A stretch of 64,000 bases of DNA from Myxococcota bacterium. Its GTDB lineage: Bacteria > Myxococcota_A > UBA9160 > UBA6930. The position numbers and the translations under genes were made by a program. The DNA is taken from contig OZ245002.1 in assembly GCA_965223415.1 (NCBI GenBank), positions 4,768,001-4,832,000 on the forward strand. The letters are read 5' to 3'. Below, one piece after another: positions 19,208-30,347 of the stretch (positions within the stretch are counted from its first letter, which is position 1; each line of letters opens with the position of its first letter). The notes beneath the pieces are model-generated. The model was given only the letters and a program-made list of their open reading frames with translations. It was not told the origin of the DNA and searched no databases.

Positions 19208-21280
19208 GTGGGACCGCAGGAAGGGCAGGGCAGGGGGTGGCGCGCGGCCGCCGCAGCGGTTCGGCGGACGGCGTGGACGACACTGTGGCTCGTCCTGGCG
19301 AGCCCGCTTCCCGGCGGCGCCTCGGAGGAGGGCGAGCCGACGGGCCCGGCTGAAGGCTTACGCCTCGGCCTCGAGGCCCTGGCTCGCGACGCACCGGCCG
19401 AGGCCCGGATGCGCTTCGCCACGGTGCGCGAGCGGTGGCCGATCGTGGCGGACCACGCCGAGCACCTGCGGATCGAAGCCCTTGCCCGAACCGCGCCTCC
19501 GGGCGAAGTGCTGACCGCGGGGCTCGCCTTCGTCGGGCGCCACGGCGCATCGCCGGTCGTCGGGCCGGTCTGGCGCGCGGTCGGCGATGCCCACGAGGCC
19601 TTGGGTCAGCTCGGCGACGCGCGTGACGCCTGGCAACAGGCCATCCGCCACACCGACCGGCCCGAGGAGAAGCTCGCCCTCGCCCTGCAGGCGGCTCGTT
19701 CCTGGGAGGCGGAGGCGCAGTTCGAGGAGGCGGCAACCGCCTACGTGGCCTTGTGGCGGGACCACCCTGCGGTGCGCGGCAGCGAGGCGGCCGCGGACGG
19801 TCTGCTGCGCGCCGAGAGCCGACTGGGCCGCCCGAAGCGAACGGCCGCCGACTGGGCGAAGCGCTCGGCGCGCCTCCAGGCCGCCTATCACAACGGCCCC
19901 GCCCTCGAGGCCTGTGACCGGGCGCTCGACCTGGGCCCTGGCGACCTCGCGAGCCGCGCGACCCTGCTACGGCGGAGGGCCGATCTCCTGTTCCGGCTGC
20001 GACGCTATGCCGATGCGGTGCAGGCCTTCGCCGCGCTCCCGGCAGGCCCGGAGCAGCGCTTCTGGCACGCCCGCTCTCTCGCGCGCAACGGTCGGGTCGA
20101 GGACGCGATCGCCGGCTTTCGCACCGTCGCTGCGGAGGCGGAGCCGGCCCTCGCCGCCCGGGCGCTCTTCCTCGCCGGAACGCTCCTCGACGACGACGAC
20201 CAACGCCCGGAGCTGGCGCAGGAGGCCTTCACCCAGGTGGCAGCCAACGCGCCGGCTGCGGCCCAACGGGGAGAAGCCCGTTGGCGGCTGGCGTGGGCGG
20301 CGTACCGGGCGGGTCGGATGGAAGAGGCGGCCGGCCACCTGCGCCTGCTGGCAGCCGACACGCCGGATCCGCTCGACGCACTGCGCGCCCGTTACTGGCT
20401 GGCCCGGGCACGCGAAGCCAGCGCGCCGGAGGAAGCGAAGCAGGCGCTGGCCCGCATCGCCCGGGAGCTGCCCTTCACGTACTACGGCTGGCGCGCGGCG
20501 GAGCACCTGGGGGAGCGCACGGCCGTCGCGACGACGGCGGGCTCTCCGCCGCCGGCGCGTCTTCCGGCCGTCCGGCGCCAGCGGGCGGAGATCCTGATCG
20601 GCGCGGGCCTGGACGACGCGGCGGCCCTGGAGCTCATCGCGCTGCGCCCTCGCGCGCGCAGCCGCGCGGACCGCATCGCTCTCGGCCTCCTGTTCCGGAG
20701 CGCGGGCCGCTTCCACGAAGCGCAGCGGCTGATGCTCGACCACGATCTGCTGCGGATGGCCAAAGGCCCGGGGGACGAAGACGCCCTCGCTGCGTGGCAG
20801 CTCGCCTGGCCGCGTGCCTTCGCCGAGGCGCTCGAGCCCGCGGCCCAGCGCCACGGCGTCGACACGGAGCTGGTCTACGCGGTGATGCGGGAGGAGAGCG
20901 GCTACCGCCCCGCGGTGCTCTCGGTGGTCGGCGCCCACGGCCTCACCCAAATCATGCCCGAGACCGGGAGGCGTCTCGCCCACGAGCTGGGGCGCGAGGG
21001 GTTCGAGACGCGCCAGCTCCTCGAGCCCCCCGTCAACCTCGAGCTGGGCGCCTACTACCTGAGTCAGCTCCTGGCGCGAACCGGCGGCAGGCTTTCTGCG
21101 GCCGTCGCCAGCTACAACGCGGGGCCCGGCGCCGTCGAGCGGTGGTTGGCACGGAGAGGCGGACTTCCCGACGACGTGTGGGTCGAGTCGATCCCGTACA
21201 CCCAGACCCGGCGCTACGTGAAGCGTGTGCTGCGCAGCGTGCACGTCTACCGGACGCTCCCCGGGGCCTCCGCCCGGTGA
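19208..21280 (+). CDS. soluble lytic murein transglycosylase with TPR-like repeats (start uncertain)
   Basis: MREES, GLTQIMP, ASYNAG, ESIPYTQTRRYVKRV. Confidence 0.92.
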   Translation: MGPQEGQGRGWRAAAAAVRRTAWTTLWLVLASPLPGGASEEGEPTGPAEGLRLGLEALARDAPAEARMRFATVRERWPIVADHAEHLRIEALARTAPPGEVLTAGLAFVGRHGASPVVGPVWRAVGDAHEALGQLGDARDAWQQAIRHTDRPEEKLALALQAARSWEAEAQFEEAATAYVALWRDHPAVRGSEAAADGLLRAESRLGRPKRTAADWAKRSARLQAAYHNGPALEACDRALDLGPGDLASRATLLRRRADLLFRLRRYADAVQAFAALPAGPEQRFWHARSLARNGRVEDAIAGFRTVAAEAEPALAARALFLAGTLLDDDDQRPELAQEAFTQVAANAPAAAQRGEARWRLAWAAYRAGRMEEAAGHLRLLAADTPDPLDALRARYWLARAREASAPEEAKQALARIARELPFTYYGWRAAEHLGERTAVATTAGSPPPARLPAVRRQRAEILIGAGLDDAAALELIALRPRARSRADRIALGLLFRSAGRFHEAQRLMLDHDLLRMAKGPGDEDALAAWQLAWPRAFAEALEPAAQRHGVDTELVYAVMREESGYRPAVLSVVGAHGLTQIMPETGRRLAHELGREGFETRQLLEPPVNLELGAYYLSQLLARTGGRLSAAVASYNAGPGAVERWLARRGGLPDDVWVESIPYTQTRRYVKRVLRSVHVYRTLPGASAR

Positions 21281-22239
21281 CCGACGGCCAGGCCGTCTGG
21301 AGCGTCGCACCGGCCGGAGCGCGAAAGGTCGACGTGCTCGGGCTCGGCGAGATCTCCCTCGACCAGGTAGCGCGGGTTCCGCGCTTCCCCGCCTTCGCGA
21401 CGAAGACGGCCATGAGCTCGTGGCGCGAGCACCCGGGCGGCCAGATGGCGACGGCGGTGCTCACGAGCGCGCGGCTCGGGGCGCAGGCCCGCCTGCTGGG
21501 AAGCATCGGCGACGACGACGCGGGCCGGCGCGCCCTGGTGCCGCTGCGCGCCGCGGGGGTGGCCCTTGACGGCGTGCGCGTCCGCAGTGGCGTGCGCAGC
21601 CGCTGCGCCATGATCCTGGTGGACGAGAACAGCGGCGAGCGCACCGTGCTGTGGCACCGCCCCGCGGCGCTCTCCCTGGTTCGAGGCGAAGTGGAGGCCG
21701 GGGAGATCGAGCAGAGCCGGCTGCTCATGGTCGACGCCAGCGATCTCGAGCGCTCCGTCTGGGCGGCGGACTGCGCGCGGCACACCGGCATCCCGGTCGT
21801 GGTGGACGTAGACACCCTCGAGCCCGACCCGTCGGCGCTCCTCGCGAAGGCGGACTTCCCGATCGTGCCCGAGGCCCTGGCGGCGGCCCTGGGCGGGCCC
21901 GACCGGGCACTGACGGACCTCGCCGCCCGCGGTGCCCGCCTTCCCGTCGTGACGCGGGGCGCGGAGGGCGCGGTGGCGCTCTGGCGGGAGAGCGTCCTCG
22001 CGGCGGCCGCCTTCCCGGTGGAGGCCCTGGACACCACCGGGGCCGGGGACGTCTTCCACGGCGCCTTCGCCTGGGCGCTCCTCGAAGGCCAGGGCCCGGA
22101 GGAGCTGCTGCGAACCGCGAACGCCGCGGCGGGCATGAGCTGCCGGGCCCACGGGGCTCAGGGCGGCCTCCCGAGCCGGACGGAGCTCGCGGACTTTCTC
22201 GCCGGCGCCGGTCGGCCGATGGGGGAAGGCGGGAGGTGA
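21277..22239 (+). CDS. PfkB-family carbohydrate kinase
   Basis: PGGQMAT, VTRGAEGA, DTTGAGDVFHG. Confidence 0.93.
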   Translation: MTDGQAVWSVAPAGARKVDVLGLGEISLDQVARVPRFPAFATKTAMSSWREHPGGQMATAVLTSARLGAQARLLGSIGDDDAGRRALVPLRAAGVALDGVRVRSGVRSRCAMILVDENSGERTVLWHRPAALSLVRGEVEAGEIEQSRLLMVDASDLERSVWAADCARHTGIPVVVDVDTLEPDPSALLAKADFPIVPEALAAALGGPDRALTDLAARGARLPVVTRGAEGAVALWRESVLAAAAFPVEALDTTGAGDVFHGAFAWALLEGQGPEELLRTANAAAGMSCRAHGAQGGLPSRTELADFLAGAGRPMGEGGR

Positions 22240-22245
22240 CCCGCC

Positions 22246-22674
22246 ATGGCCCGAGTCCTCGACCGCACCCATCGGAGCGCCGGCAGCGCTCTGCTGCCCG
22301 CGCTGCTCCTGCTCGCGTTGCTCCTCGCCGGCGGCGGCTACAACTACCGGCGCAACCTGCAGGCCGAGCCGCCGCGCCCCTACCGCAGCTACGGCGATGC
22401 GGAGCTGAGCCAGCTGATCGCGGCCTACGAGGGAGACGTCACCCGCCGCGAGGGCGCGCTGCCCCACGCATCGCGGAGCGCGAGCGGCGGCGGTCCGCTC
22501 CTGCAGGACCGCGTCGACGACTTCGAGGCCGCCCAGCGCCACGGCCGGGCCTACCGGGAAGCCCTCGCCGGGGTCGCCGGCCAGGAAGGCGTCCTTCGGG
22601 AGCTGATGGAGGAGCGGCAGGCGCGGCAGGAGCCCCCGCTCTCCGTTCACCTGCGGCGCCTCACGACGCTCTAG
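22246..22674 (+). CDS. hypothetical membrane-anchored protein
   Basis: GGAGG RBS, one hydrophobic segment. Confidence 0.7.
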   Translation: MARVLDRTHRSAGSALLPALLLLALLLAGGGYNYRRNLQAEPPRPYRSYGDAELSQLIAAYEGDVTRREGALPHASRSASGGGPLLQDRVDDFEAAQRHGRAYREALAGVAGQEGVLRELMEERQARQEPPLSVHLRRLTTL

Positions 22675-22680
22675 CCACCC

Positions 22681-22730
22681 ACCCGGAACGCAAGTCGCAA
22701 GGAACGTCCCCGTTCTTGCGTTTCTCGGGT
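22681..22730. repeat. REP-like palindrome between convergent genes
   Basis: GAACGCAAG..GCAAGGAACGTCCCC..TCTTGCGTT, same unit as 62312-62392. Confidence 0.8.
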
Positions 22731-23500
22731 CAGTCGTCGTCGCTGTCGGTGGCCTCGATGATGCCTTCTTCGAGCTGACCGATGTCGAGCTCGGCGGCGG
22801 TGTCGTCGTCGTCCTCGAAGGTCTCCTCGGCGGGCTCTTCCTCTTCGAGGAGTCGGGACATCGGGGCGGCGGCGGGGCGCTTCTGGGCCGGTGCGGGCTT
22901 CGGCGCCGCGACGGCGTCCTTGGGCCGCTGGCGCTGGTTCGCTTCGCACTTCGGGCAGATCGCCTCTTCCTTGCCGAGGTCGTAGAACTTCGCCTGGCAG
23001 GCGTAGCAGACCCACTTGTAGCCGAGGCCCGGCTTCGGCTCGGAGCTTGCCGGCTCGGCCGGGGCGAACTCGCTCTTACGTCTCCGCCCGGTCGCCTTGG
23101 CGGCCTTCTTCGCCGCCGGCGCCTTGCCCTTCGTCCTGGCCTTCGCCGCTTCGGGCTTGGCGGCCTTCTTCGTCGCCACCTTGGCCGGGGCGGCCTTCTT
23201 GGCTGCGGCCTTCTTCGCCGTCGCCTTCTTCGTGGTGGGCTTCTTGGCCGCGGCCTTCCGGGTCGTCGCCTTCTTGGCCGTGGCCTTCCTGGCGGTGGCT
23301 TTCTTCGTTGCGGCCTTCCTGGCCGTGGGCTTCTTGGCGGCGGCCTTCTTCGCCGTCGCCTTCTTCGTGGTGGGCTTCTTGGCCGCGGCTTTCTTCGCCG
23401 TCGCCTTCTTGCGAGCGGGCTTCTTGCTCGTGGCCTTCTTCGTGCTCTTGCGGGCCGCCTTCTTCGCGGCCTTCCTGGTCGCCTTTCGGGCCGGGCTCAT
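22730..23500 (-). CDS. histone H1-like Lys/Ala repeats fused to FYDLN (TIGR02300-like) zinc ribbon and acidic tail
   Basis: [12 protein letters not shown] repeats; [17 protein letters not shown]-rich end. Confidence 0.85.
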   Translation of the reverse strand: MSPARKATRKAAKKAARKSTKKATSKKPARKKATAKKAAAKKPTTKKATAKKAAAKKPTARKAATKKATARKATAKKATTRKAAAKKPTTKKATAKKAAAKKAAPAKVATKKAAKPEAAKARTKGKAPAAKKAAKATGRRRKSEFAPAEPASSEPKPGLGYKWVCYACQAKFYDLGKEEAICPKCEANQRQRPKDAVAAPKPAPAQKRPAAAPMSRLLEEEEPAEETFEDDDDTAAELDIGQLEEGIIEATDSDDD

Positions 23501-24903
23501 GATGGGCCTCCGCCTGCGGTGAGAATCGCGTCGCCAGCGTCCTCGATTCGCGCGAGGCCGCTGCGGCGCAGGGCATCCGGTCCGTCGAAGACGGAGAGAT
23601 CCAGCTCGACGGAAACGTCGTCCGGCGGCAGGGCGAGACCCGCCCGGGAGAGCCAGCGCCGGTCGCGCGCGTCGAGGGCCGCACGGGCCGTCGCCGGTGA
23701 TTCGCTGCCCCGGGCGTTCTTCACGGGCGCGTACTCCTCATCTCGCAGCGCCTCGACCAGGGTGCAGCCTCGGGCCATGCCAAGGGCATCGAACACGAAG
23801 CGCTCCAGCTTGACTCCCGGAAGGTCCGAGGCCCGCCCGTCGGGCCGGTCCGGGTCGAGCGCCCGGATCGGCTTGGGCGAGGCGTGGTAGGGAAGGGCGC
23901 GCTCCGCCTCGGCGGCGACCCGCTCCAGGAGGCCGAGACCGAGCGCGTGGACGTTGATCGAGCCGGCCCAGAGCCGCAGAGCCCCGGTCTCCGGATCGAC
24001 GGCCGACCGCTCGGGCTCCTCGAGCTCCGTGTACTCGACGACCCGGAGGCCCTCGCCGTCGCCCACCCAGGTACCGACCCGCTCCGCCGGCTCCCGCTTC
24101 GCAACGGCCTTCGAGGCGACCTCGCTGCCCCGCAGCACCGCGAAGCCGACCAGCACCGGGTCCGCCACCGGCAGCAGGGGATTGTCGACCTGGCAGTGAA
24201 AGAGGTGCTGTACCCCGCGGGCCCGCAGCTCGCCGAGCAGGCCGGCTCGGGCCAGGGCAGGCAGGGCGCCCCCGTGACCGTCCGGGGCCGTCGCGAGGCG
24301 GCCGGGCTCCGCCAGAAGCAGGCGGCCCTGGGCATCGAGACACGGGGTCTCGCCCTGGGGGAAGAAGCGGACGACCTCGGCGGGTAGACCGAAGTGGCCG
24401 TGAGCGGCGAAGAAGGCGGTGGTCATCGCGTGGTTGGCCGGACTCGTCATCACGAGCCAGAGGGGCGTCCGGCCGTAGTGCCGGGCGTGAGCACGCAGCT
24501 GCTGGGCCTGGAGCTCGAAGAGGCTGCGCTGGGAGACGGGGCCGATCGCGAAGGTGCCTTTGGGGCCTTCGTGCGCCAGGCGCGTCCCCTGGCCCCCAGC
24601 GACCAGCAGGACGGCGACCCGGCCGTCCCGGAGGGCAGCATCGCCCGCCTCGCGGGCCCGGGCGAAGGTGGCATCGTCGCCACCGCGGGTGGGGTGCCGC
24701 TCGACGCTCGGGACGCAGAGGCCGGCCGTCGCGCTTCCGCTGGCCGGCCGGCGGGCCGCGGCGAGCGCCGCCTCCACCGGAAGGGAGGCCAGCTGTCGGC
24801 ACAGGTCCCTGCGCTCTCGCTCGCCGAGCTCGTCCCAGTAGTCGAAGACGTGGGATTGCCCCAACGCCGAAAGGCGCTCTCGTTCGATTTCCTGGTCAGG
24901 CAC
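23497..24903 (-). CDS. UDPGP type 1 family (UDP-GlcNAc pyrophosphorylase-like)
   Basis: [42 protein letters not shown]. Confidence 0.92.
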   Translation of the reverse strand: MPDQEIERERLSALGQSHVFDYWDELGERERRDLCRQLASLPVEAALAAARRPASGSATAGLCVPSVERHPTRGGDDATFARAREAGDAALRDGRVAVLLVAGGQGTRLAHEGPKGTFAIGPVSQRSLFELQAQQLRAHARHYGRTPLWLVMTSPANHAMTTAFFAAHGHFGLPAEVVRFFPQGETPCLDAQGRLLLAEPGRLATAPDGHGGALPALARAGLLGELRARGVQHLFHCQVDNPLLPVADPVLVGFAVLRGSEVASKAVAKREPAERVGTWVGDGEGLRVVEYTELEEPERSAVDPETGALRLWAGSINVHALGLGLLERVAAEAERALPYHASPKPIRALDPDRPDGRASDLPGVKLERFVFDALGMARGCTLVEALRDEEYAPVKNARGSESPATARAALDARDRRWLSRAGLALPPDDVSVELDLSVFDGPDALRRSGLARIEDAGDAILTAGGGPS

Positions 24904-25188
24904 TTGGGGCCCGTCTTCTGTCGCAGCATGCGCGAGCAGCGATCGATCTCCCGATCCGTCGGCTCGCCCCGAGGGAGGAGGCTCCGGGCGACAGGGGGCG
25001 GCTTGCCTATAGCGCAGCGGCTGCCGCTCGCCAAACGTGCGGAAGCCGTCTGCCCCCTCGGGAACAGAGGCCTGTGGCTCAACTCGCAAGCGGGCGACGC
25101 CGATAGCGGATTCCAGCGGGAGCGGAGGGCTTCCACTGGATTCGAACGGCGTCCCGCCGGGGTCGCCGTGCCACTGCAGGAAGGGAAC

Positions 25189-26748
25189 GTGGCACTCGCA
25201 TCGCTCTGGCGTAGAGGGGGGAGCGCAGGCGGAACCGTGGGTGTGGCCTGGGGCCACGGCCGCGTCGCCCTCGTTCACCTCGAAGGGGACGGAGCCGGGC
25301 GGCAGCTCGCCGCGTGCACCGTCCTCCCCGACGAGCCGGACGGTCTTCGCGCCTGGGTCAAGGAGCAGGGCCTGGCCGGCGCGCGCTGCGTCCTGGTTCC
25401 CCCGGACGAGGAGTGCGTCCTGCGGGTGCTCGAGGCCCCCGAGGTTCCGGAAGAGGAGCGCCGCGAATCGGCCCGCTGGCTCGTCCAGGACCTCCTGGAC
25501 TTCCCCGCCGAGGAGGCCTGGATCGACGTGCTCGACATCCCGGTGGACGCGGGCTGGACCCGCGCCCGGAAGGTCGTGGTGGTGGCGGGTCGCCCCGACG
25601 CCCTGGCGGACCGGGTCGAGCAGGTGCGCCAGGCCGGCCTCGCGCCCGTCGGCTTCGACGTTCGCGAGCGGGCCCTGCTGGCCCTGGCCGATCCCGGCCG
25701 GGAGCAGGCGGGAGCCGCGGTGATCGACCTCCAGCCCAAGGCGGGGCTGCTCGTGGTCGGCGAGCGGGGCGAGCTGCACGTGACGAGGCCCCTCGGCATC
25801 GACGCCGACAGCGTCGGCAGCGAAGGCGCCGCCGAGTGGAACGAGCGCGGCGATCCGGAGGCGCCGGCGGACGCCGTGGCGCCCGCCTTCGAGAGCCTGC
25901 TGCTCGAGCTGCAGCGCTCGCTCGACTACGTGGAGAGCGAGTTCGGCCGCGGTCCGATCCGCCGCGTGGTGATCGCTCCCTCCGAGGCCGAGCTCTCCGC
26001 CCTGGGGCCCTACCTCGAGCAGCACCTTCGGGTGCAGGTGGAGTTCCTTGACCTGGCTCGCTGCTTCCCGGGCGAGGCGTCTCCCCCCACGGCGCTCCAG
26101 GCCACCTGCCTGGCGGCCGCCGGCGGCGCGGCGGGCAGGGGCTCGCTCTTCACCCATGAGCTCCAGCCCAAGGCGCGCAGCCGGAGCGGCCGTCTCGACG
26201 CCCAGGCCGTGGCCCGCCTGTGCGCGATCGTGGCCGTGTTCGGCGTCGCCCAGTTCGGCTTCGATCAGCTCCAGGCCCGCCGACTGCGTCTCGACCTGGA
26301 GGCGCTCGAGCACTCCGCCGAAGCCACCCGCGCGCGGCTCGGCGAGCTGGCCACGGCGGAGGCGCTGACGGCGGAGGACCCGATCCAGAAGGCCCGGGTG
26401 GCTGCGCTCGAGAGGAAGCGGCGCGCCCAGGCCGGCCTTCTCCAGCACCTGGCCGGCGACGCGGGGCCGGGCCGCTCCTTCGCCGGCGTGTTGACCGCGC
26501 TCGCCCGTGAGCCCGTCGGCGAGCTCTGGCTCACGGGCATCCACCTCCGCGAGGGGGGTCGCGCCGTCAGCCTTCGCGGGATGGCGATGCGAGGCGAGCG
26601 GGTCCCGGTGCTGATCGATCGGCTGGAGGCCGAGGCCACCTTCGACGGTGTCCGCTTCGAGGGCGTCGCCTTGAGACGCGGCGAGGAGCCGGTGGATCCG
26701 CTTCGCTTCGAGCTGCAGGGCGCGACGTCCGGGGAGGCCCAGCCGTGA
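25189..26748 (+). CDS. mshI: MSHA biogenesis protein MshI (PilM-like + PilN-like)
   Basis: LELQRSLDY motif, TM, LWLTGI PilN-like part; first gene of msh cluster. Confidence 0.8.
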   Translation: MALASLWRRGGSAGGTVGVAWGHGRVALVHLEGDGAGRQLAACTVLPDEPDGLRAWVKEQGLAGARCVLVPPDEECVLRVLEAPEVPEEERRESARWLVQDLLDFPAEEAWIDVLDIPVDAGWTRARKVVVVAGRPDALADRVEQVRQAGLAPVGFDVRERALLALADPGREQAGAAVIDLQPKAGLLVVGERGELHVTRPLGIDADSVGSEGAAEWNERGDPEAPADAVAPAFESLLLELQRSLDYVESEFGRGPIRRVVIAPSEAELSALGPYLEQHLRVQVEFLDLARCFPGEASPPTALQATCLAAAGGAAGRGSLFTHELQPKARSRSGRLDAQAVARLCAIVAVFGVAQFGFDQLQARRLRLDLEALEHSAEATRARLGELATAEALTAEDPIQKARVAALERKRRAQAGLLQHLAGDAGPGRSFAGVLTALAREPVGELWLTGIHLREGGRAVSLRGMAMRGERVPVLIDRLEAEATFDGVRFEGVALRRGEEPVDPLRFELQGATSGEAQP

Positions 26749-27413
26749 ATCCCCGGGAGCTCCGCGACCGCGCCCTCGAACGCTTCGACGCGCTCTCCGG
26801 GCGCGAACGCTGGCTCGTGGCCGTGGCCTGCGTCGCGGCCGTGTACTGGGTGCTCTCCTTCGCCCTGATCGACCCGCTGATCCGGGAGCGCGACGACCTG
26901 GTCGCACGGCTCGAGGTGGCCGCGGACCAGCTCGGCCTGCTGGAGGGCGAGGCCGCCGCCCTCACCACCCGCCTGCGGACCGGCCCCTCCTCCCGGTTGG
27001 CGCGGCGCGAGCGCGAGCTCGAGGATGCCCTCGCTTCCCTCGAGACCCGGCTCTCGGCCCATCGGACCCAGCTCGTCTCGCCTGGCGAGGCCACCCGGGT
27101 GGTGAAGGAGCTGGTCGCCGCCGAGCGGGAGCTCCGCCTGGTGCGCCTCGAAACCGCCGCGCCGGAGCCCCTGGGCGTGTCGGAGGCCCCGCCCGGGCAG
27201 ACGGCGGACGAGCCGGCGCTGTTCCGGCACGACATCGAGCTCGAAACCGAAGGCAGCTACTTCGCCGCCCTCCGCTACCTCGAAGCCCTCGAGGCCGGCG
27301 GCAGCGGGCTCCAGCTCGATCGTCTCGACTACGAGGTGACCGAGTACCCCCGGGCGCGCATGGTGCTCCGCCTGTTCACCCTGAGCTTCGAGGAGGCGTT
27401 CCTGGGTGTGTGA
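26745..27413 (+). CDS. mshJ: MSHA biogenesis protein MshJ
   Basis: FDALSGRER, TM, EGSYFAALRYL, EYP; position. Confidence 0.85.
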   Translation: MNPRELRDRALERFDALSGRERWLVAVACVAAVYWVLSFALIDPLIRERDDLVARLEVAADQLGLLEGEAAALTTRLRTGPSSRLARRERELEDALASLETRLSAHRTQLVSPGEATRVVKELVAAERELRLVRLETAAPEPLGVSEAPPGQTADEPALFRHDIELETEGSYFAALRYLEALEAGGSGLQLDRLDYEVTEYPRARMVLRLFTLSFEEAFLGV

Positions 27414-27798
27414 GAACAGCCGACGGCGACGCGTCGTGAGGGGCCGCCTCGGCCTGCCGGCGATGCTGCTCGCCCTCGCAACGGCTCCCGTGATGAGCGA
27501 GGAGCTGCTCGACCCCACCCGGCCGCCGGCGACCCTCGCGGCCGCCGGGCCGGGCCGAGGCGTCTCTTCGGAGCCCCGGGTCACCTCGATCGTGAGCCGC
27601 GGCGGTTCGCGCGTGGCCGTCGTCGAAGGCCACGTCCTGCGGGTCGGCGATCGCCTCGGTGCCCATCGGGTCGTCGCGATCGAAGCCTCCTCGGTCCGCG
27701 TCACCGGTCCGGCGAGCGCCTCCGCGACCGTCTGGTCCCTCTACCGCACTCCCGTCGTCAAGCAGGCCGCGACGGATCGCGAGGACAGCGCACGATGA
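27406..27798 (+). CDS. mshK: MSHA biogenesis protein MshK
   Basis: DPTRP motif, LRVGD; between mshJ and mshL. Confidence 0.75.
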   Translation: MCENSRRRRVVRGRLGLPAMLLALATAPVMSEELLDPTRPPATLAAAGPGRGVSSEPRVTSIVSRGGSRVAVVEGHVLRVGDRLGAHRVVAIEASSVRVTGPASASATVWSLYRTPVVKQAATDREDSAR

Positions 27799-29471
27799 AG
27801 CCCCGATCCCTCGCGACGGCGCTCGCCCTCACGCTCGCCTGCGCCACGCCGCCGCCGCCGGCACCGACCGCCCGGCCCGACGCCGCTCGCGGACGGCTCG
27901 CCGAGCGCCTGCCCCCGGACGTCCAGGACGCCCTCCTGCCGGACCTGGCCGACGAGGCGGCGGCGCCGGCCCCCGAGGCGCGCTTCGACGTCAGCGTCGT
28001 CGACGCCCCGGCGAACGAGTTCTTCGCTTCCCTGGTCGAGGGCACACCGTTCAACATGGTCGTGGATCCCGGTGTGGCCGGGCGCATCTCGCTCTCCTTG
28101 AAGAGCGTCACCCTGCGCGAGGTTCTCGAGGCGACGCGGGACGCCTACGGCTTCCCCTACCGCACGACGCCCTACGGCTTCCATGTCCTGCCGGGCGGCC
28201 TGCAGAGCCGCGTGTTCCGCGTCGACTACCTGAACATCGAGCGCTTCGGCACCTCGCTCACCCGCGTGAGCTCGGGGCAGGTGAGCGAGACCGCGGGAGC
28301 CGACAGCGCGAACACCGACGCCGCGACCTCCGGCGACGGCGTCGTCTCCGGCAGCCGCCTCGACACGCGCACCCGCGCCGACGTCTGGACCGAGCTGGTG
28401 GAGGCGCTGGAGATGCTGCTCGGCGAGCGGGAAGGGCGCTCCGTCGTCCCGTCCCCCCACGCCGGCGTCGTGGTCGTGCGGGCGAGCCCTGCCGAGCTGC
28501 GTGAGGTCGAGTCCTTCCTCGAGACGATCGAGCGAAGTCTGCACCGACAGGTGATCCTCGAGGCCAAGATCCTGGAGGTCGAGCTCGCCGACGAGTACCG
28601 GGCCGGCGTGAACTGGGCCCAGCTCGTCACCCACGACGACGCCCGCTACGTCTTCGGACAGGGCGGCCTCGGCCCGCTGCCCGACGCGAGCGTCTCGGAC
28701 ATCGCCGGCGGCTCCGGCGTGCTGAACCCGGACCTCGACCTGCCGATCGAAGGCATCCTCGGCAATCCCGACTTCGGCGGCGCCTTCAGCATCGCCGTCG
28801 CGGCGAATCACTTCCTCGCCTTCATCCAGCTTCTCGAGACCCAGGGCCGGGTCCACATCCTGTCGAGCCCGCGCATCTCGACCGTGAACAACCAGAAAGC
28901 CGTGATCAAGGTCGGCAACGACGAGTTCTTCGTCACCGACGTGTCGAGCACGACGGTGACGGGCACGGCGACGACGACGACGCCGGACATCGAGCTCACG
29001 CCCTTCTTCTCCGGGATCGCCCTCGACGTAACGCCCCAGATCGCCGAGGACGGGGGCGTGATCCTCCACATCCACCCGTCCGTCAGCCAGGTGGTCGACC
29101 AGACGAAGACGGTGACGGTCGGAGGGGAGATCCAGTCCCTCCCGCTCGCCTTCAGCACGATCCGCGAATCGGACACGGTGGTGCGCGCGCAGAGCGGGCA
29201 GCTGGTGGTGATCGGCGGACTGATGGAGGACATCGAGACCGACGACACGGCGGGCCTGCCGATCGCGTCGCGGGTCCCGCTGCTGGGCCGGGCCTTCCGC
29301 CAAGAGGCGGACAGTCGTCGCAAGGTGGAGCTCGTGATCCTCCTGCGGCCGACGGTCGTCGAGCACGGCACCTGGGCGAGCACCCTCGACGCGACCCGAG
29401 AGCGCCTCGGTCGGATGGGCGACAACGCCGATCGGCTGCTGCCGGCGGAAGGCTACCTGCGCGCCCCCTAG
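27795..29471 (+). CDS. mshL: MSHA secretin MshL
   Basis: Lipobox; NNQKAVIKVGNDEFFVT, TPFFSGIALDVTPQI, LPLA. Confidence 0.95.
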   Translation: MKPRSLATALALTLACATPPPPAPTARPDAARGRLAERLPPDVQDALLPDLADEAAAPAPEARFDVSVVDAPANEFFASLVEGTPFNMVVDPGVAGRISLSLKSVTLREVLEATRDAYGFPYRTTPYGFHVLPGGLQSRVFRVDYLNIERFGTSLTRVSSGQVSETAGADSANTDAATSGDGVVSGSRLDTRTRADVWTELVEALEMLLGEREGRSVVPSPHAGVVVVRASPAELREVESFLETIERSLHRQVILEAKILEVELADEYRAGVNWAQLVTHDDARYVFGQGGLGPLPDASVSDIAGGSGVLNPDLDLPIEGILGNPDFGGAFSIAVAANHFLAFIQLLETQGRVHILSSPRISTVNNQKAVIKVGNDEFFVTDVSSTTVTGTATTTTPDIELTPFFSGIALDVTPQIAEDGGVILHIHPSVSQVVDQTKTVTVGGEIQSLPLAFSTIRESDTVVRAQSGQLVVIGGLMEDIETDDTAGLPIASRVPLLGRAFRQEADSRRKVELVILLRPTVVEHGTWASTLDATRERLGRMGDNADRLLPAEGYLRAP

Positions 29472-29480
29472 GAGCCCGGC

Positions 29481-30347
29481 TTGTACCTCGACCACTTCCA
29501 GCTCGCGAGCGCGCCCTTCGGGCTCACCCCGGACCCGGCCTTCCTGGTGGAGCTTCCCAGCCACGAAGAGGCGATGAACGTCGTGCGCTTTGCGGTCGGC
29601 AGCGGCGAGGGCTTCGTCAAGATCACCGGAGAGGTGGGCACGGGAAAGACCCTGCTATGTCGACGACTGCTGGCCGAGCTGCCTGCTTCCTTCCTGACGG
29701 CCTACCTGCCGGACCCGATGCTCTCGCCCCTGGCGGTTCGCAAGGCCGTCGCCCAGGAGCTGGGGATCCCCTTTCCCCGAGGCCTCGAGGCCCACGAGCT
29801 CCTCCAGTACATCCGCGCGTCCCTGATCGAGATCCACGAGGACGGGCGCAGCGCACTGCTCGTCGTCGACGAGGCCCAGACCCTCACCGACGAGGGCCTC
29901 GAATCGATCCGGCTGCTCACGAACCTCGAGACCCGACGCCGCAAGCTCCTCCAGGTGCTCCTCGTGGGGCAGCCGGAGCTGGACCACCGGCTCCGCGCTC
30001 CCGGGCTCCGACAGCTCGCCCAGCGCATCACCTTCTCCCACGTGCTGGAGCGCATGGACCGCGCCGAGCTCGGCGCCTACCTGGAGCAGCGGTTGGCGGC
30101 GGCGGGACGCCGCGGGCCGGGGCTCTTCAGCGCCCCGGCCGTGGCCGTGATCCAGCGCGCCAGCGCCGGGATTCCGCGGCTGGTGAACGTGCTCGCCCAC
30201 AAGGCGATGATGGCGGCCTACGGGCGCGGGGACGCGCGGGTGGGGCTGCGCAGCGCGCGACGGGCGGTGGCCGATTCGCCGCGACCGAGCCTCTCTCCGC
30301 ACCACGGGCGCACGCCCGGAGACCTCTGGCGGGGAGCGCGCCGATGA
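29481..30347 (+). CDS. mshM: ExeA-like ATPase MshM
   Basis: PFGLTPD, GEVGTGKT, VVDEAQ, RLLTNLET, GIPRLVN. Confidence 0.93.
   Translation: MYLDHFQLASAPFGLTPDPAFLVELPSHEEAMNVVRFAVGSGEGFVKITGEVGTGKTLLCRRLLAELPASFLTAYLPDPMLSPLAVRKAVAQELGIPFPRGLEAHELLQYIRASLIEIHEDGRSALLVVDEAQTLTDEGLESIRLLTNLETRRRKLLQVLLVGQPELDHRLRAPGLRQLAQRITFSHVLERMDRAELGAYLEQRLAAAGRRGPGLFSAPAVAVIQRASAGIPRLVNVLAHKAMMAAYGRGDARVGLRSARRAVADSPRPSLSPHHGRTPGDLWRGARR

Noticed and set aside
17423..26907. Giant fusion ORFs 17423-21280, 23497-26907, 15491-17494, 40601-43345, 58226-60589
   Set aside because: Only the C-terminal parts carry family motifs; starts moved downstream
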